From Octopus vulgaris (Eukaryota), in NCBI GenBank assembly GCA_951406725.2, contig OX597827.1, forward strand, positions 69,130,001-69,194,000: a stretch of DNA of 64,000 bases, written 5' to 3'. The position numbers were made by a program, and so were the translations under genes. A model generated the notes under the pieces. It searched no databases, was not told the origin of the DNA, and saw nothing but the letters and a program-made list of their open reading frames with translations. The number at the start of each line of letters is the position of its first letter. Within the stretch, counting starts at the first letter, position 1. Shown one piece after another: positions 10,388 through 24,734 of this stretch.

Positions 10388-11061
10388 ATAATGACATATA
10401 ATTTATACTATAATTCTCAAGACTATTTTTCTTAGAGATACTAAAAAATTCATTTTATTCTATTTTATTATATTATTTTCCTCCAACATTGACATCTCCA
10501 GTTTGTCTCAATTTCTTCAATCTCAGAGTCTCATCAGGTCTCAGTAAAGCTTATTCCTGGATGTGTACCATGGTTATATCAAACTGGAGGATATGAACTG
10601 GGAACCGTTTATTTTTCCAAGATGTGGCAACACCTGATGACCAACTGGACATCAACCAGGCAGAAACATAGTCTAGGCATAAATAGAGTAAATTGTTTCA
10701 TCTCTGATGTTGAGGTTAATTAGTGCAAATAATTATGAATCTTATTCACATATGTATTCTCACACACACGCACACATCATATACAGACATGCATACACAA
10801 ATCAACACAGCATTGTAAATTTGAGCCAAAATGCCAATAAAATTTGTCAAGTGATTTTGTTTTGTGTCTGTCATCATTTTCAGTACTGTCATCATTGCGT
10901 TGTCTTTATTGCCACCATCATTTTTCATTGTTGCCTCAGGCGCTGCTGTAGGGAGGTGCTTTTGTGTTGTGGGGTTAAGAACCCCTGAACAGCCCCTGTG
11001 TGTAGGTACATAAACATTTCCGTGTAATCCATGTGTGTCATCTTCACCTGTATTATTTAAT

Positions 11062-11255
11062 GTGCCGGTGGCACGTAAAAAGCGCCCACTACACTCTCGG
11101 AGTGGTTGGCGTTAGGAAGGGCATCCAGCTGTAGAAACTCTGCCAGATCAAGATTGGGGCCTGGTGCCACCATCTGGTTCGCCAGCCCTCAGTCAAAATC
11201 GTCCAACCCATGCTAGCATGGAAAGCAGACGTTAAACGATGATGATGATGATGAT
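11062..11255 (+). mobile_element. RTE-tail repeat (family B) ending in (GAT)n
   Basis: cactacactctcggagtggttggcgttaggaagggcatccagctg...gacgttaaacgatgatgat. Further copies at 13520-13775, 46860-46985, 54860-55130 and 55850-56320. Confidence 0.85.
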
Positions 11256-12197
11256 GTCTGTTGTCCATGCTGGCATGGGTCGGACGGTTTGGCCAGAGAT
11301 GGCAAGCTGCGCCAAATTCCAGTCTGTTTTGGCATGGTTTCTACAGCTGGATACCCTTCCTAATGCCAACCACCTTACAGCATGTGCTGGGTGCTTTAAT
11401 GTGGCACTGCATGGGAATGCATGTGTATCATCATTTTAACATCCTTTTTTCCATATTTGCATGGATCAGATAGAATTTGTCAAGGTGAATTTTTCCAGGT
11501 CCAGATGTCCTTTCATGTTGCCAACCCTCACCTCTTTCCAAGCAAGGTACTATTTCCCTGCTGGCCAGACAGATTTTCACAGAAGATTGAAAATGAATGA
11601 CACTCTTCATATGACAGTGGCACTCATTTACAACAATCCCATGAAGTCGAGACAAGGATACAATGACACACACACGTATTTGCATGTGTGCACACACACC
11701 CACATGTATGATGGACTTCTTTCACTTTTTGTCAAACAAATCCACTATCCACTCATAAGGCTTTGGTTAACCCAGGGCTATGGTAAAAGACACTTGCCCA
11801 AGGTGCTACACAGTGAGACTGAACCCAAAACCATGTGGTTGGGAATCAAATTTCTTACCACACAGTCACACATGTGCATAAATACGCATGTTACAACCTG
11901 CAGATGTACATGTTCTAACAATCTTGTTCAAATGTGAGTTGATAATAAAAAATAGAATTTAGATAAGTCACTAAGAAAAATAAGTTGGATGAGTTTTAAA
12001 TAAATAAATTAAGATGAGATAAATTAAATGATGCTAGAAAGTGATACAATAAATTGGTGTTAAGAATTATTGATCTGGTGCAAAACAGCAAAGTCAAAAG
12101 CTCAAAGTGACAAAAACTCTTTCAAAAAAAAAAATTAACAGAAAAGTGACTGCAATATGCTGCAGCAGTTTTATCCAATTCAAATAAATATTGCATA

Positions 12198-13104
12198 TTT
12201 ATTTCTTTATTGCCCACAAGGGGCTAAACAGAGAGGTCAAACAAAGGAATGAAATTGATTACATCGACTCCAGTGTGTAACTTAGTACTTATTTAATCGA
12301 CCCTGAAAGGATGAAAGACAAAGTCGACCTCAGCGGAATTTGAACTCAGAACATAGCGGCAGACAAAATACTGCTAAGCATTTCAGCCGGCATGCTAACG
12401 TAGAGGGGACAAAAAAAGGGATGAAGTCGATTACATCAACTCCAGTGCATAACTGGTACTTAATTTATCGACCCTGAATGGATGAAAGACAAAGTTGAAC
12501 TCAGAATGTAATGGCAGACGAAATACCTATTTTTTACTACCCACAAGAGGCTAAACACAGAGAGGACAAACAAGGACAGACAGACGGATTAAGTCGATTA
12601 TATCGACCCCAATGCGTAACTGGTACTTATTTAATTGACCCCGAAAGGATGAAAGACAAAGTCGACCTCAACAGAATTTGAACTCAGAATGTAATGGCAG
12701 ACGAAATACCTATTTCTTTACTACCCACAAGGAGCTAAACACAGAGGACAGACAGACGGATTAAGTCGATTATATCGACCCCCAGTGCGTAACTGGTACT
12801 TAATTTATCGACACTGAAAGGATGAAAGACAAAGTCGAAATCAGCAGAATTTGAACTCAGAATGTAATGGCAGACGAAATACCTATTTCTTTTACTACCC
12901 ACAAGGGGCTAAACACAGAGAGGACAGACAGACGGATTAAGTCGATTATATCGACCCCAGTGCGTAACTGGTACTTAATTAATCGACCCCGAAAGGATGA
13001 AAGGCAAAGTCAACCTCTGTGGAATTTTAACTCAGAATGTAACGGCAGACAAAATACAGCTACGCATTTCGCCCGGCGTGCTAACGTTTCTGCCAGCTCG
13101 CCAC
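12198..13104 (-). mobile_element. Head-to-tail tandem array (~5 units) of SINE family C
   Basis: Repeated ~180-bp units; the full head gccagctcgccacc is present only at 13092-13105. Confidence 0.88.
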
Positions 13105-14259
13105 CTGAAATATTGCATATTAAGACTGATACGGTAGACGGGAAAGTTTTAACCACTGCAGAACTTCTTGACTGGTCATCTCTAAGCTTATTTTCCCCAC
13201 ATTCAATCATGTATGTTTTGAATCATTCTCCCTCATCCATTATTCTGATGGCAAATAAAAGAAATCATCATCATCAGCAGCATAATCACCATCATCATCA
13301 TTATTATTAATATTCTTTTGTTCCACTATTGGCTCAAGGCATGAAAGTTTGTGGGGAGGGGGGGCTAGTTGATTACATCGACTCCAGTGTTTAACTGGTA
13401 CTAATTTTATTGACTCCCCCCCACCCTACCACCACCACCACCACTGAAAGGATGAAAGCAAATTCGATCCCTGTAGCCCTTGAGCTCAGAATACAATGAG
13501 CTGAAATAAATACTGCTACCAGCATCGCCTTACTGGCACGTGTAAAAAGATTTGAGCGAGGTCATTGCCAGTACCACTTGACTGGCCCCCCACCCATGCC
13601 GGTGGTACGTAAAAGCACCCACTACACTCTCGGAGTGGTTGGCGATAGGAAGGGCAACCAGCTGTTGAAACTCTGCCAGATCAAGATTGGAGCCTGGTGC
13701 AGCCATCTGGTTCGCCAGCCCTCAGTCAAAATCGTCCAACCCATGCTAGCATGGAAAGCAGACGTTAAACGATGATTATTATTATTATTATTATTAGTGC
13801 ATCTTATCTTAGTAAGACATCATTAGATGTCACTCCTGTGGTGGAATGTTTTTTTTTTCCTATCAATTAAGACATTTATTTCTTTTTTTGTATCATGTCA
13901 TGTGCACCTGGTATATACCAAGGTGAGAAACTATATTCTCTTATTTCTTTTTTTTTTTTTCCCCTGGCTTTGGGGGGAGTAAAAAAAAAAACCATCCTGG
14001 AATTTTTTTTTTTTTCTGCATTAGTTTGAAATGGCCAGGAGATGTACAAACATATCAACACCTACTCAAAGAAGAAATTCAGAAATTGAAGATAAACTAC
14101 ACAGGGGGGGGGGATAAACAGAAAAAAATAAAATACAAAAGATAAATAATAATAATAATAATGAAGAAGAAAAAAAATGTCTTAAAGCAAACATATGAAA
14201 GAAAAAAAAATTTAATGATATTTCTGTAGATGGTGGCACCAGTGTAAACAATCACACTG

Positions 14260-16800
14260 ATATGTTTGGTAGCATCAACAAGAAGAACAATGATGGTGAT
14301 GGTGATGATGATGACAATAACAACAACAGGAATGACTATAATAATCACTGTAACAACAATGATATTAACGGTAACATCAATAATAATAAGTACAGCAACG
14401 ATAATGGCAATGATAGCAGTAACACCAACAACAATAGCAACAACAATAATAACAACAGCTGCAATAACAATAACAAACAATGACAACAATAGCCATAGCA
14501 ACAATAACAAACAACGATAGCAACAATAACAAATGACAATGATGAGAATGACAACAATAATAACAACAACAACAATAGCAATAACAAACAACAACAATGA
14601 CAAGCAACAATAATAACAAACACAAAAACAATAGCCACAACAACAATAACAAACATTATCAACAACAACAAAAATAGCAACAATAACAGCAATAGCAGCA
14701 ACAACAATATCAAACAACAGCAATAACAAATCACAATGATAACAACAGCAATGACAACAATAACAACAAACATTATCAACAAAAATAGCAACAATAACAA
14801 ACAACAATAACAGCAATTGCAACAACAAAAAACCACAACGATAGCAACAACAACGATAACAAATCACAATGATGATATTGGCAACAGTGATAACAACAAC
14901 AACAACAGCAACAACAATGATAATAGCATCAACAACAGAGCACCAATTGCAGTGTCAGCAATCAGAATAAGAAGAACATCAGGTGAAATATAAGAAACAA
15001 TAACAACATCAGTCACATTGACAATATCAACAACAACAACAACAGCAACAACAATGATAATAGCATCAACCACAGAGCACCAATTGCAGTGTCAGCAATC
15101 AGAATAAGAAGAACATCAGGTGAAATATAAGAAACAATAACAACATCAGTCACATTGACAATATCAACAACAACAACAACAGCAACAACAATGATAATAG
15201 CATCAACAACAGAGCACCAATTGCAGTGTCAGCAATCAGAATAAGAAGAACATCAGGTGAAATATAAGAAACAATAACAACATCAGTCACATTGACAATA
15301 TCAACAACAACAACAACAGCAACAACAATGATAATAGCATCAACAACAGAGCACCAATTGCAGTGTCAGCAATCAGAATAAGAAGAACATCAGGTGAAAT
15401 ATAAGAAACAATAACAACATCAGTCACATTGACAATATCAACAACAACAACAACAGCAACAACAATGATAATAGCATCAACAACAGAGCACCAATTGCAG
15501 TGTCAGCAATCAGAATAAGAAGAACATCAGGTGAAATATAAGAAACAATAACAACATCAGTCACATTGACAATATCAACAACAACAACAACAGCAACAAC
15601 AATGATAATAGCATCAACAACAGAGCACCAATTGCAGTGTCAGCAATCAGAATAAGAAGAACATCAGGTGAAATATAAGAAACAATAACAACATCAGTCA
15701 CATTGACAATATCAACAACAACAACAACAGCAACAACAATGATAATAGCATCAACAACAGAGCACCAATTGCAGTGTCAGCAATCAGAATAAGAAGAACA
15801 TCAGGTGAAATATAAGAAACAATAACAACATCAGTCACATTGACAATATCAACAACAACAACAACAGCAACAACAATGATAATAGCATCAACAACAGAGC
15901 ACCAATTGCAGTGTCAGCAATCAGAATAAGAAGAACATCAGGTGAAATATAAGAAACAATAACAACATCAGTCACATTGACAATATCAACAACAACAACA
16001 ACAGCAACAACAATGATAATAGCATCAACAACAGAGCACCAATTGCAGTGTCAGCAATCAGAATAAGAAGAACATCAGGTGAAATATAAGAAACAATAAC
16101 AACATCAGTCACATTGACAATATCAACAACAACAACAACAGCAGGGAACATCATCAACAACAAGAAGAAAAATAATGTGACAGTGTCAGCAGCAGCAGCA
16201 GAAGCTGAAACTGAAGCAGCATCATTAACAACACCATCAGTAACAAATATATAAGAGCAGCAGTAGTGACAAGCACATCAGCAACAGCAACAACAGCAGC
16301 AGCAACAACAACATCAGCAACAACAACATAAGCAACGGCAGCAAGCAATGACAACAACAACAGCAAGAACAGCAGCAGCAGCAATAACAACAACAACAAA
16401 AACAGCTGCAGCAGTGACAGCAGCAGCAGCAACAACGACAGCAGCAGTAATAGATGCAACAACAACAACACCAACAATATAAGCAACAGCAGCAGCAGCA
16501 GCAACAATAACAACATAAGAAACAGCAGCAGCAAGAACAACAACAACAACAACAACGTCTGCAACAACAGCAGCAGCAATGACAACAACAACAACAACAA
16601 CAGCAGCAGCAGCAGCAGTAACAGCATCACCACTGCTGCCACTGACAACCAGCAACGACGTCAACAACAACAACAGCAACGGGAGGGAAAATATAAAGTA
16701 ACTGCATCACCAACTACACCAGCAGCAACATTGCCAACAACAAACAACAACAACAACAAACAATACAACAACAATAACAACAACACCAGCAACATCATAA
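14260..16800. repeat. Strand-biased (AAC/AGC/AAT)n low-complexity tract
   Basis: Continuous degenerate triplet repeats surrounding the 137-bp minisatellite. Confidence 0.9.
14892..16142. repeat. Minisatellite, 137-bp unit x ~9.1, near-identical
   Basis: caccaattgc recurs at 14941, 15078, 15215, 15352, 15489, 15626, 15763, 15900 and 16037. Confidence 0.95.
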
Positions 16801-17024
16801 ATTTTAGCCAACAGAAATATGACATAAATAGCAATGCTCTCTTGAAGTCCTTGTTAGAGATAAAGAAGGAGAAAGGCGGCACAGGGAGACCCTAAATTAA
16901 TTACAGCTCCCTAAAACTTCTTTTCCCCACTTAAATTCATTATTGTTATCATCATTACTATTATTATTATTATTATTATTATTTTTAACATGGAGCAGAA
17001 AAATACAAAATAAAAATAAAGAAT

Positions 17025-17074
<50 letters not shown>

Positions 17075-17201
17075 CGGGAAGCTTTATGAAAATAGACAAA
17101 AGACGAAGGCAGGTTTACGGAAATAAACAAAAGACGAAGGCAGGTGGAATACAAACAAACAATTGTATTAGTATGGCGCTCGGGAATATAAATAAAACAA
17201 G

Positions 17202-17239
17202 TCTTTTACGTTTCGAGCCTACGCTCTTCAACAGAAAGA
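17202..17239 (-). ncRNA. Putative minimal type I hammerhead ribozyme (variant core), copy 2
   Basis: Minus strand: TCTTT CTGTTGA A GAGC GTAG GCTC GAA ACGT A AAAGA, with perfect stems I and II. Lies in a (TA)n-flanked element at ~17075-17305. Confidence 0.55.
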
Positions 17240-17325
17240 TACACAGAAAAGAAACACGAAGAGAAAAAAAATGCGTGCAGAAGCTAGCGAATCAACATGG
17301 CGATCTATATATATATATGACGTGG

Positions 17326-17356
<31 letters not shown>

Positions 17357-17968
17357 CGGCCATGATCGATCGCAAGCCGCTACACATTCTATATTTTCTC
17401 TCCTTGTTTATTTCTGTGTTCTGCACCACCTGTCTTCATCTTTTGTTGGGGTTTTTTTTGTGAATTCTCCCTATATATGTATATATATATATATATATTA
17501 TATATGATTAATATTTATGACATATCTCTACAGCTGTTTCAGGAAGCCAAGAGTTGCATGATAACCATAGTTTACAGTGATACATGCATAAAGTCAGAGG
17601 TCAGAGGCATGCAATTGGTGACAAGTTAGATGAAATTAATTAAGGCTTCTTCCCTTTCCAAGAGGGACTGCTGGATCGATTCAGATGAAACTTTCAAAGC
17701 TGTTTGTCCTCATAACTGGCACAAACTGATTGAATTTTGAGATCGATCAGGTACCGGACAAAGATTTTGGATTATTTTTCCAGTTTTTTACTTAATTTTT
17801 GAGAGCAGTTGAGTTTATTTCAGATATTCTCATTTTAAAGATCATCTCTGGCTAATCGTTGAGAAGACGTTGGTGTTGCCTTGGCAGAGATTTGCACTCT
17901 CTGAGTGTTCTTGTTATTATTATTATTATCCCATCTATGTTTAGCCCCCTGTGGGCTATAAGAAATAA

Positions 17969-18003
<35 letters not shown>

Positions 18004-18021
18004 CATTATTATTATTATTAT

Positions 18022-18753
18022 TGTTGTTTTTTTTCCTTCTTTCTTCAAATTTTCTTTCATTTCTTGACGGGTGTTTTCCGTACACCTAGGGCAGAGAAGC
18101 TCATTGTATGTATTCCCAGATTACACATCCAAATTCACAAGTAAAATATGTATTTAAAAAATTAATAAATAAATAAATTCATGAATGGATGTTGTTTTCA
18201 CAGCGATAAACACTCTTCTCAGTACATGAGTCGTTCCAGTTAACACAATTTTTTGCATTTCCTGAAGGGATGGTAAGCCTAGTATCATTATCAAATAGGT
18301 TTCAGTACCTTTTTTTATCATTCCTAGAGATCCTACAATCACTCATACTCTAGTTGCCTTGAGATGCCACATTTTTTTCAATTTCTATTAGCAAATCTTT
18401 ATATTTACTGATCTTGTCAAATTCTTTCGCCGCTATATTGTGATCGCAAGGAATATTCATGTCAATCAATTAATAAACACACCTTTTTTGTCTGATCTTT
18501 TATAATAATATCCGACTTATTAGCTTTTATAGTTTCGTCAGTCCCATAGAATCGACACATTTTCTCCCTCAGTCACAGTTTCAGGATGGTGTTTATACCA
18601 TTTGTCAGTGGTTTTGATTTTATAATGCCGACATATTGTCCAGTGTAAATACTGGCCGACTCTGTCATGTCTTGCTTTATATTCTACAGGTGCTAAGACT
18701 CTACACCCTGAGATTAGGTGGTCTATAGTTTCAATCTCATCATTACAGATTCG

Positions 18754-18755
<2 letters not shown>
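18022..18755 (-). mobile_element. R4/Dong-like LINE 3' fragment (CCHC knuckle + restriction-like endonuclease)
   Basis: RICNDEIETIDHLISGC...YKARHDRVGQYLHW...ILWD, then IKANKSDIII...KYKDLLIEIEKMWHL...IVGSLGMIKK. (TTA)n on both sides. Confidence 0.88.
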
Positions 18756-18798
<43 letters not shown>

Positions 18799-18802
18799 CT
18801 CT

Positions 18803-19014
18803 CTCTCTTTTACTCTTTTACTTGTTTCAGTCATTTGACTGTGGCCATGCTGGAGCACCGCCTTTAATCAAGCAACTCGACCCCGGAACTTATTCTTTTG
18901 TAAGCCCAGTACTTATTCTATCGGTTTCTTTTGCCGAACCGCCAAGTAACGGGGACATAAACACACCAGCATTGGTTGTCAAGCAATGCTAGGGGGACAA
19001 ACACAGACAAACAA

Positions 19015-19066
<52 letters not shown>

Positions 19067-19230
19067 ACAACAGGCTTCTTTCAGTTTCTGTCTACCAAAT
19101 CCACTCACAAGGCATTGGTCAGCCTGGGGCTATAGCAGAAGACACTTGCCCAAGATGCCACGCAGTGGGACTGAACCCGGAACCATGTGGTTGGTTAGCA
19201 AGCTACTTACCACACAGCCACTCTTGTGCC
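18803..19230 (-). mobile_element. Full-length CORE-like SINE (family A)
   Basis: tRNA-like head, cttgggcaagtgtctt core, internal (TA)/(GT) tract, tail ggcggtgctccagcatggccacagtcaaatgactgaaac(aagagta)n. Confidence 0.88.
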
Positions 19231-19262
19231 TATCATTATTATTTTTATTATTATTATTATTG

Positions 19263-19293
<31 letters not shown>

Positions 19294-19559
19294 TATTATT
19301 ATTATTATTATTATTATCATTTTTATTATTATTATTACTAATATTATTATTATACTTTGTATTTGTTTCCTTAATACATTTTATTTTTTGTCATTATTAA
19401 ATATTAAAATTTGTTTTTTATCATGCCTTTTTCTTTTAATCTCAGACAATATTTATATTATATTATATTATATTATATTATATTATATTATATTATATTA
19501 TAAACACTGATTGAAATTTTCCTTCCTTTATTACATATTGACATGGGAAATTTTCCTTG

Positions 19560-20243
19560 ATTTGCTGTCATCACCATTATCAATACCATCATCACCATCG
19601 TTGTCATCACCACCATTGTTCTTCTTCTCCTTCTTCTTCATCACCATCATCATCAGCATCACCACTGTCATGTTCCTCACCATCATCATTACCACCGTTA
19701 TCATCATCACCGCTGCTCTCATTGCCATCACCACCGTTATTATTTCTCCCACTCTTCCTCATCCTATTTACCACCACCACCACTATCACCGCCACCACCA
19801 CCACCATCATCATCACCGTCACTGCCATCATTATTGTTATTGTTGTCATCATCTTGATCATCATCAACGTCATCAATGTCATGGTCGTCATTGTCATCAT
19901 CATCATCATCGTCATCATCATCATCATCGTCATCATCATCATCATCGTCATCATCATCATCATCAAAATCATCAGCAACATTATTATCATCATCATCGAT
20001 GCCATCATCGTCATCATCATCATCATCATCATCGTCATCATCTTCAACATCATCATTGTCATCATCATCATCATCATCATTGTCATCGTCATCATCATCA
20101 TCATCATCATTATTGTCATCATCATCATCATCATCATCGCCATCATTGTCCGTCATCATCATCATCATCATTGTCAAAATCCTCAGCATTATCCTCATCA
20201 TCATCAATGCCATCATCATCATCAATGCCATCATCATCATCAA

Positions 20244-20295
<52 letters not shown>

Positions 20296-20362
20296 CCAAT
20301 GCCATTATCATCATCACCATCATCATCATCATCATCACCAATGCCATCATCATCATCAATGC

Positions 20363-20406
<44 letters not shown>

Positions 20407-20410
20407 ATGC

Positions 20411-20454
<44 letters not shown>

Positions 20455-20476
20455 CCAATGCCATTATCATCATCAC

Positions 20477-20517
<41 letters not shown>

Positions 20518-20585
20518 CCATCATCATCACCATCATCATCACCATCATCATCATCTTCATCATCATCATCATCATCATCATCTCC
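19560..20585. repeat. (CAT)n triplet microsatellite, ~1 kb
   Basis: Degenerate (CAT/CAC/CGT)n; source of the poly-His, poly-Ile and poly-Ser ORFs. Confidence 0.95.
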
Positions 20586-21190
20586 AGTATCATTTGCTGG
20601 TTTTTGATTTCGGATGTGTTTCACTTGCTGTTGGCATTGTTTGAATTTTACATTTCATTTGATGGGAAAAAAAAAATGAAAAAAAAATAAAATGCTCCTT
20701 TTTTTTCTTCTTTTTTTTGGTGAATTAACAAACAAAGGACTCTAGAATTTCTGAACGTTTTTCCCTCTTTATTTCAAGGGAGAGAAAATAATCTAATTTA
20801 AAGGGAAAAAAAAAATTGTTCCATTAAATAAAGAGAAAGGTGTTTGTTCATTTACAAACTTTTAAACATTAAGAGATGTTTGGGTAGCAGTGTGGTAAGA
20901 AGTTTGCTTCCCAACCACATGGCCCTGGGTTCAATCCCATTTGGTGACACCTTGGCCAAGTGACATTCTACAATGGCCTCAGGCTCACCAAAGCCTTGTG
21001 AGTGGATTTGATTGTGAGAAACTGAAAGAAGCCTATCATATTCATATATATATATATATATATATATATACTCTTTTCTCTCTTTTACTCTTCTACTTGT
21101 TTCAGTCATTTGACTGACACATTCTCAGTTTTATATGTATATATATATTCACATATACACACACACACACACACACATGTGTGTGTGTGT

Positions 21191-21502
21191 AGAGGCAGAA
21201 TGGCCCAGTGTTTAGGGCAGCGGACTCGCGGTCATAGGATTGCAGTTTCAATACCCAGACCGGGTGTTGTGAGTGTTTATTGAGCAAAAACACCTAAAGC
21301 TCCACGAGGCTCCAGCAGGGGGTGGTGGCAATCCCTGCTGTACTCTTTTGCCACAACTTTCTCTCACTCTTTCTTCTGTTGGCCTGCTCGTTTAGCCAGC
21401 GGGGTGGCGTCATTTGAAGGCTAAAACAATGCGAAGCGCATTGTGACCAGCAATGTGTAGCAACATCTGATAGCCTGGTTGGTCACGGTGATCACAGTGA
21501 TG
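21191..21502 (+). mobile_element. tRNA-derived SINE (distinct family)
   Basis: A-box tggcccagtgtttagg, B-box-like gtttcaataccc, then tgttgtgagtgtttattgagcaaaaacacctaa. Confidence 0.55.
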
Positions 21503-21619
21503 GGGATATATATATAATAATAATAATATGAGGGAATATTATTCCAAACTTACACGGAAAAATTCAATTTAGAAATACTAAATCAAATTTCACAAAATAT
21601 AATATATATATATATATAT

Positions 21620-22877
<1,258 letters not shown>

Positions 22878-22888
22878 CATATATATAT

Positions 22889-23641
22889 ATCATCATCAGC
22901 AGCAGCATCGGCATCATCATCATCATCACCATCACCATCACCATCATCATCATCATCACCATCAACATCATCATCATCATCATCATTTATGTTCTTTTTT
23001 CCCATGCTAGTTGATATGGATGTTAAGAAGTGTCTATAACATCATTTCGTTAAATATAATACATTTACACATTCATACTAAGATCACTTGTGTTGTGCCC
23101 TGAAGAATATCCCATTAATATTCAAAGATCTGTCCGAAATTCTTGGGGACAGAATCAGTAATCACTTTCTTGATATTACGTCCCTTACTTGATGTTACCT
23201 CTTACTTCTACCACTGCCCAAGACGAAGAAGACAAGAGGAAGTCAACACCATCACCATTGTTTCATATCTTACTTTACCATGCTTGTATGGGTCAGACGG
23301 AATTTGTTGAGGCAGATTTTCTGCAGCCAGATGCCTTTCCTGTCACCAACTCTTACATCCCTTGGAAGATTGGCAATGAAGGACACTGGTTGCATGATGG
23401 TGACACTTGCTTACAAAACGTTATGCAATGTCAATCAAGAAAGCAGTAACACAGATACACACACATGCATCTATGTATATTTGTAAATATATATATATAT
23501 ATATATAACACAAATGTATTTGTGTATTAATATTTACTGAATCCCAGTCTTTATGCACTAAACCACTTGGTGTTAAATTGATGTTATTAAATTAATATCC
23601 ATTTTTTTCACCCTTATTTTTGATATATATATATATATATA

Positions 23642-23679
<38 letters not shown>

Positions 23680-24270
23680 CAAATATACATAGATGCATGT
23701 GTGTGTATCTGTGTTACTGCTTTCTTGATTGACATTGCATAACGTTTTGTAAGCAAGTGTCACCATCATGCAACCAGTGTCCTTCATTGCCAATCTTCCA
23801 AGGGATGTAAGAGTTGGTGACAGGAAAGGCATCAGGCTGTAGAAAATCTGCCTCAACAAATTCCGTCTGACCCATACAAGCATGGTAAAGTAAGATATGA
23901 AACAATGGTGATGGTGTTGACTTCCTCTTGTCTTCTTCGTCTTGGGCAGTGGTAGAAGTAAGAGGTAACATCAAGTAAGGGAGGTAATATCAAGAAAGTG
24001 ATTACTGATTCTGGCCCCAAGAATTTTGGACAGATCTTTGAATATTAATGGGATATTCTTCAGGGCACAACACAAGTGATCTTAGTATGAATGTGTAAAT
24101 GTATTATATTTAACGAAATGATGTTATAGACACTTCTTAACATCCATATCAACTAGCATGGGAAAAAGAACATAAATGATGATGATGATGATGATGATGG
24201 TGATGATGGTGATGGTGATGGTGATGATGATGATGATGCCGATGCTGCTGCTGCTGATGATGATGATGAT
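22889..24270. repeat. Long inverted duplication, ~620-bp arms and ~140-bp spacer
   Basis: ORFs 23189-23449 (+) and 23714-23974 (-) encode identical peptides; only a handful of substitutions separate the arms. Confidence 0.95.
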
Positions 24271-24734
24271 AACAGTGTATTTGTGTGTCTTTATGAATAT
24301 TGATGTTGGTGTATATTTGTGTCTCCTTGGTTTCCATCTCTTGATATTCCACGATAGATATAGATATCTGTCATAGTCATACTAACTTTTGGCGGGTGGG
24401 CGGGCAGGTGGGACATTTTACACGTGCAAGGTGAGTATAGAGGGATAAATTATCCAGCCGGCTACGAATATGGCTCTCAGGTATGTTCCAGTTTCCAGCT
24501 AACCTCATCATGTATTAACGAACATCAATGCTCTCCTAGTATGACCAATTCCACTGCAATTCTTCTGATGGTTAAATCTGGGTTTGCTTCTCTGGATTAT
24601 GAATATTGTCAGGAATTTACATTCCCAAATACACACACACATACACACATATATGTATATATGTATATATATATATATATATATATGTACATATAAATAT
24701 GTATATATATGTATATATAAATGTATATATATAC

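Noticed and set aside
14892-16142. CRISPR-like periodic array
   Set aside because: Units are fully identical with no unique spacers, there are no cas genes, and the context is eukaryotic.
17640-17915. Helentron-associated (HINE-like) element ending ctctctgagtgttcttgtt
   Set aside because: Only the 3' motif is reminiscent; no 5' end or second copy to support it.
19511-20690. 377-aa His/Ile/Ser-rich ORFs
   Set aside because: Open in nearly all frames because (CAT)n lacks stops; no domain or splice evidence.
24385-24600. GC-richer stretch with donor-like motifs on both strands
   Set aside because: No recognisable protein; stops interrupt the plausible frames.
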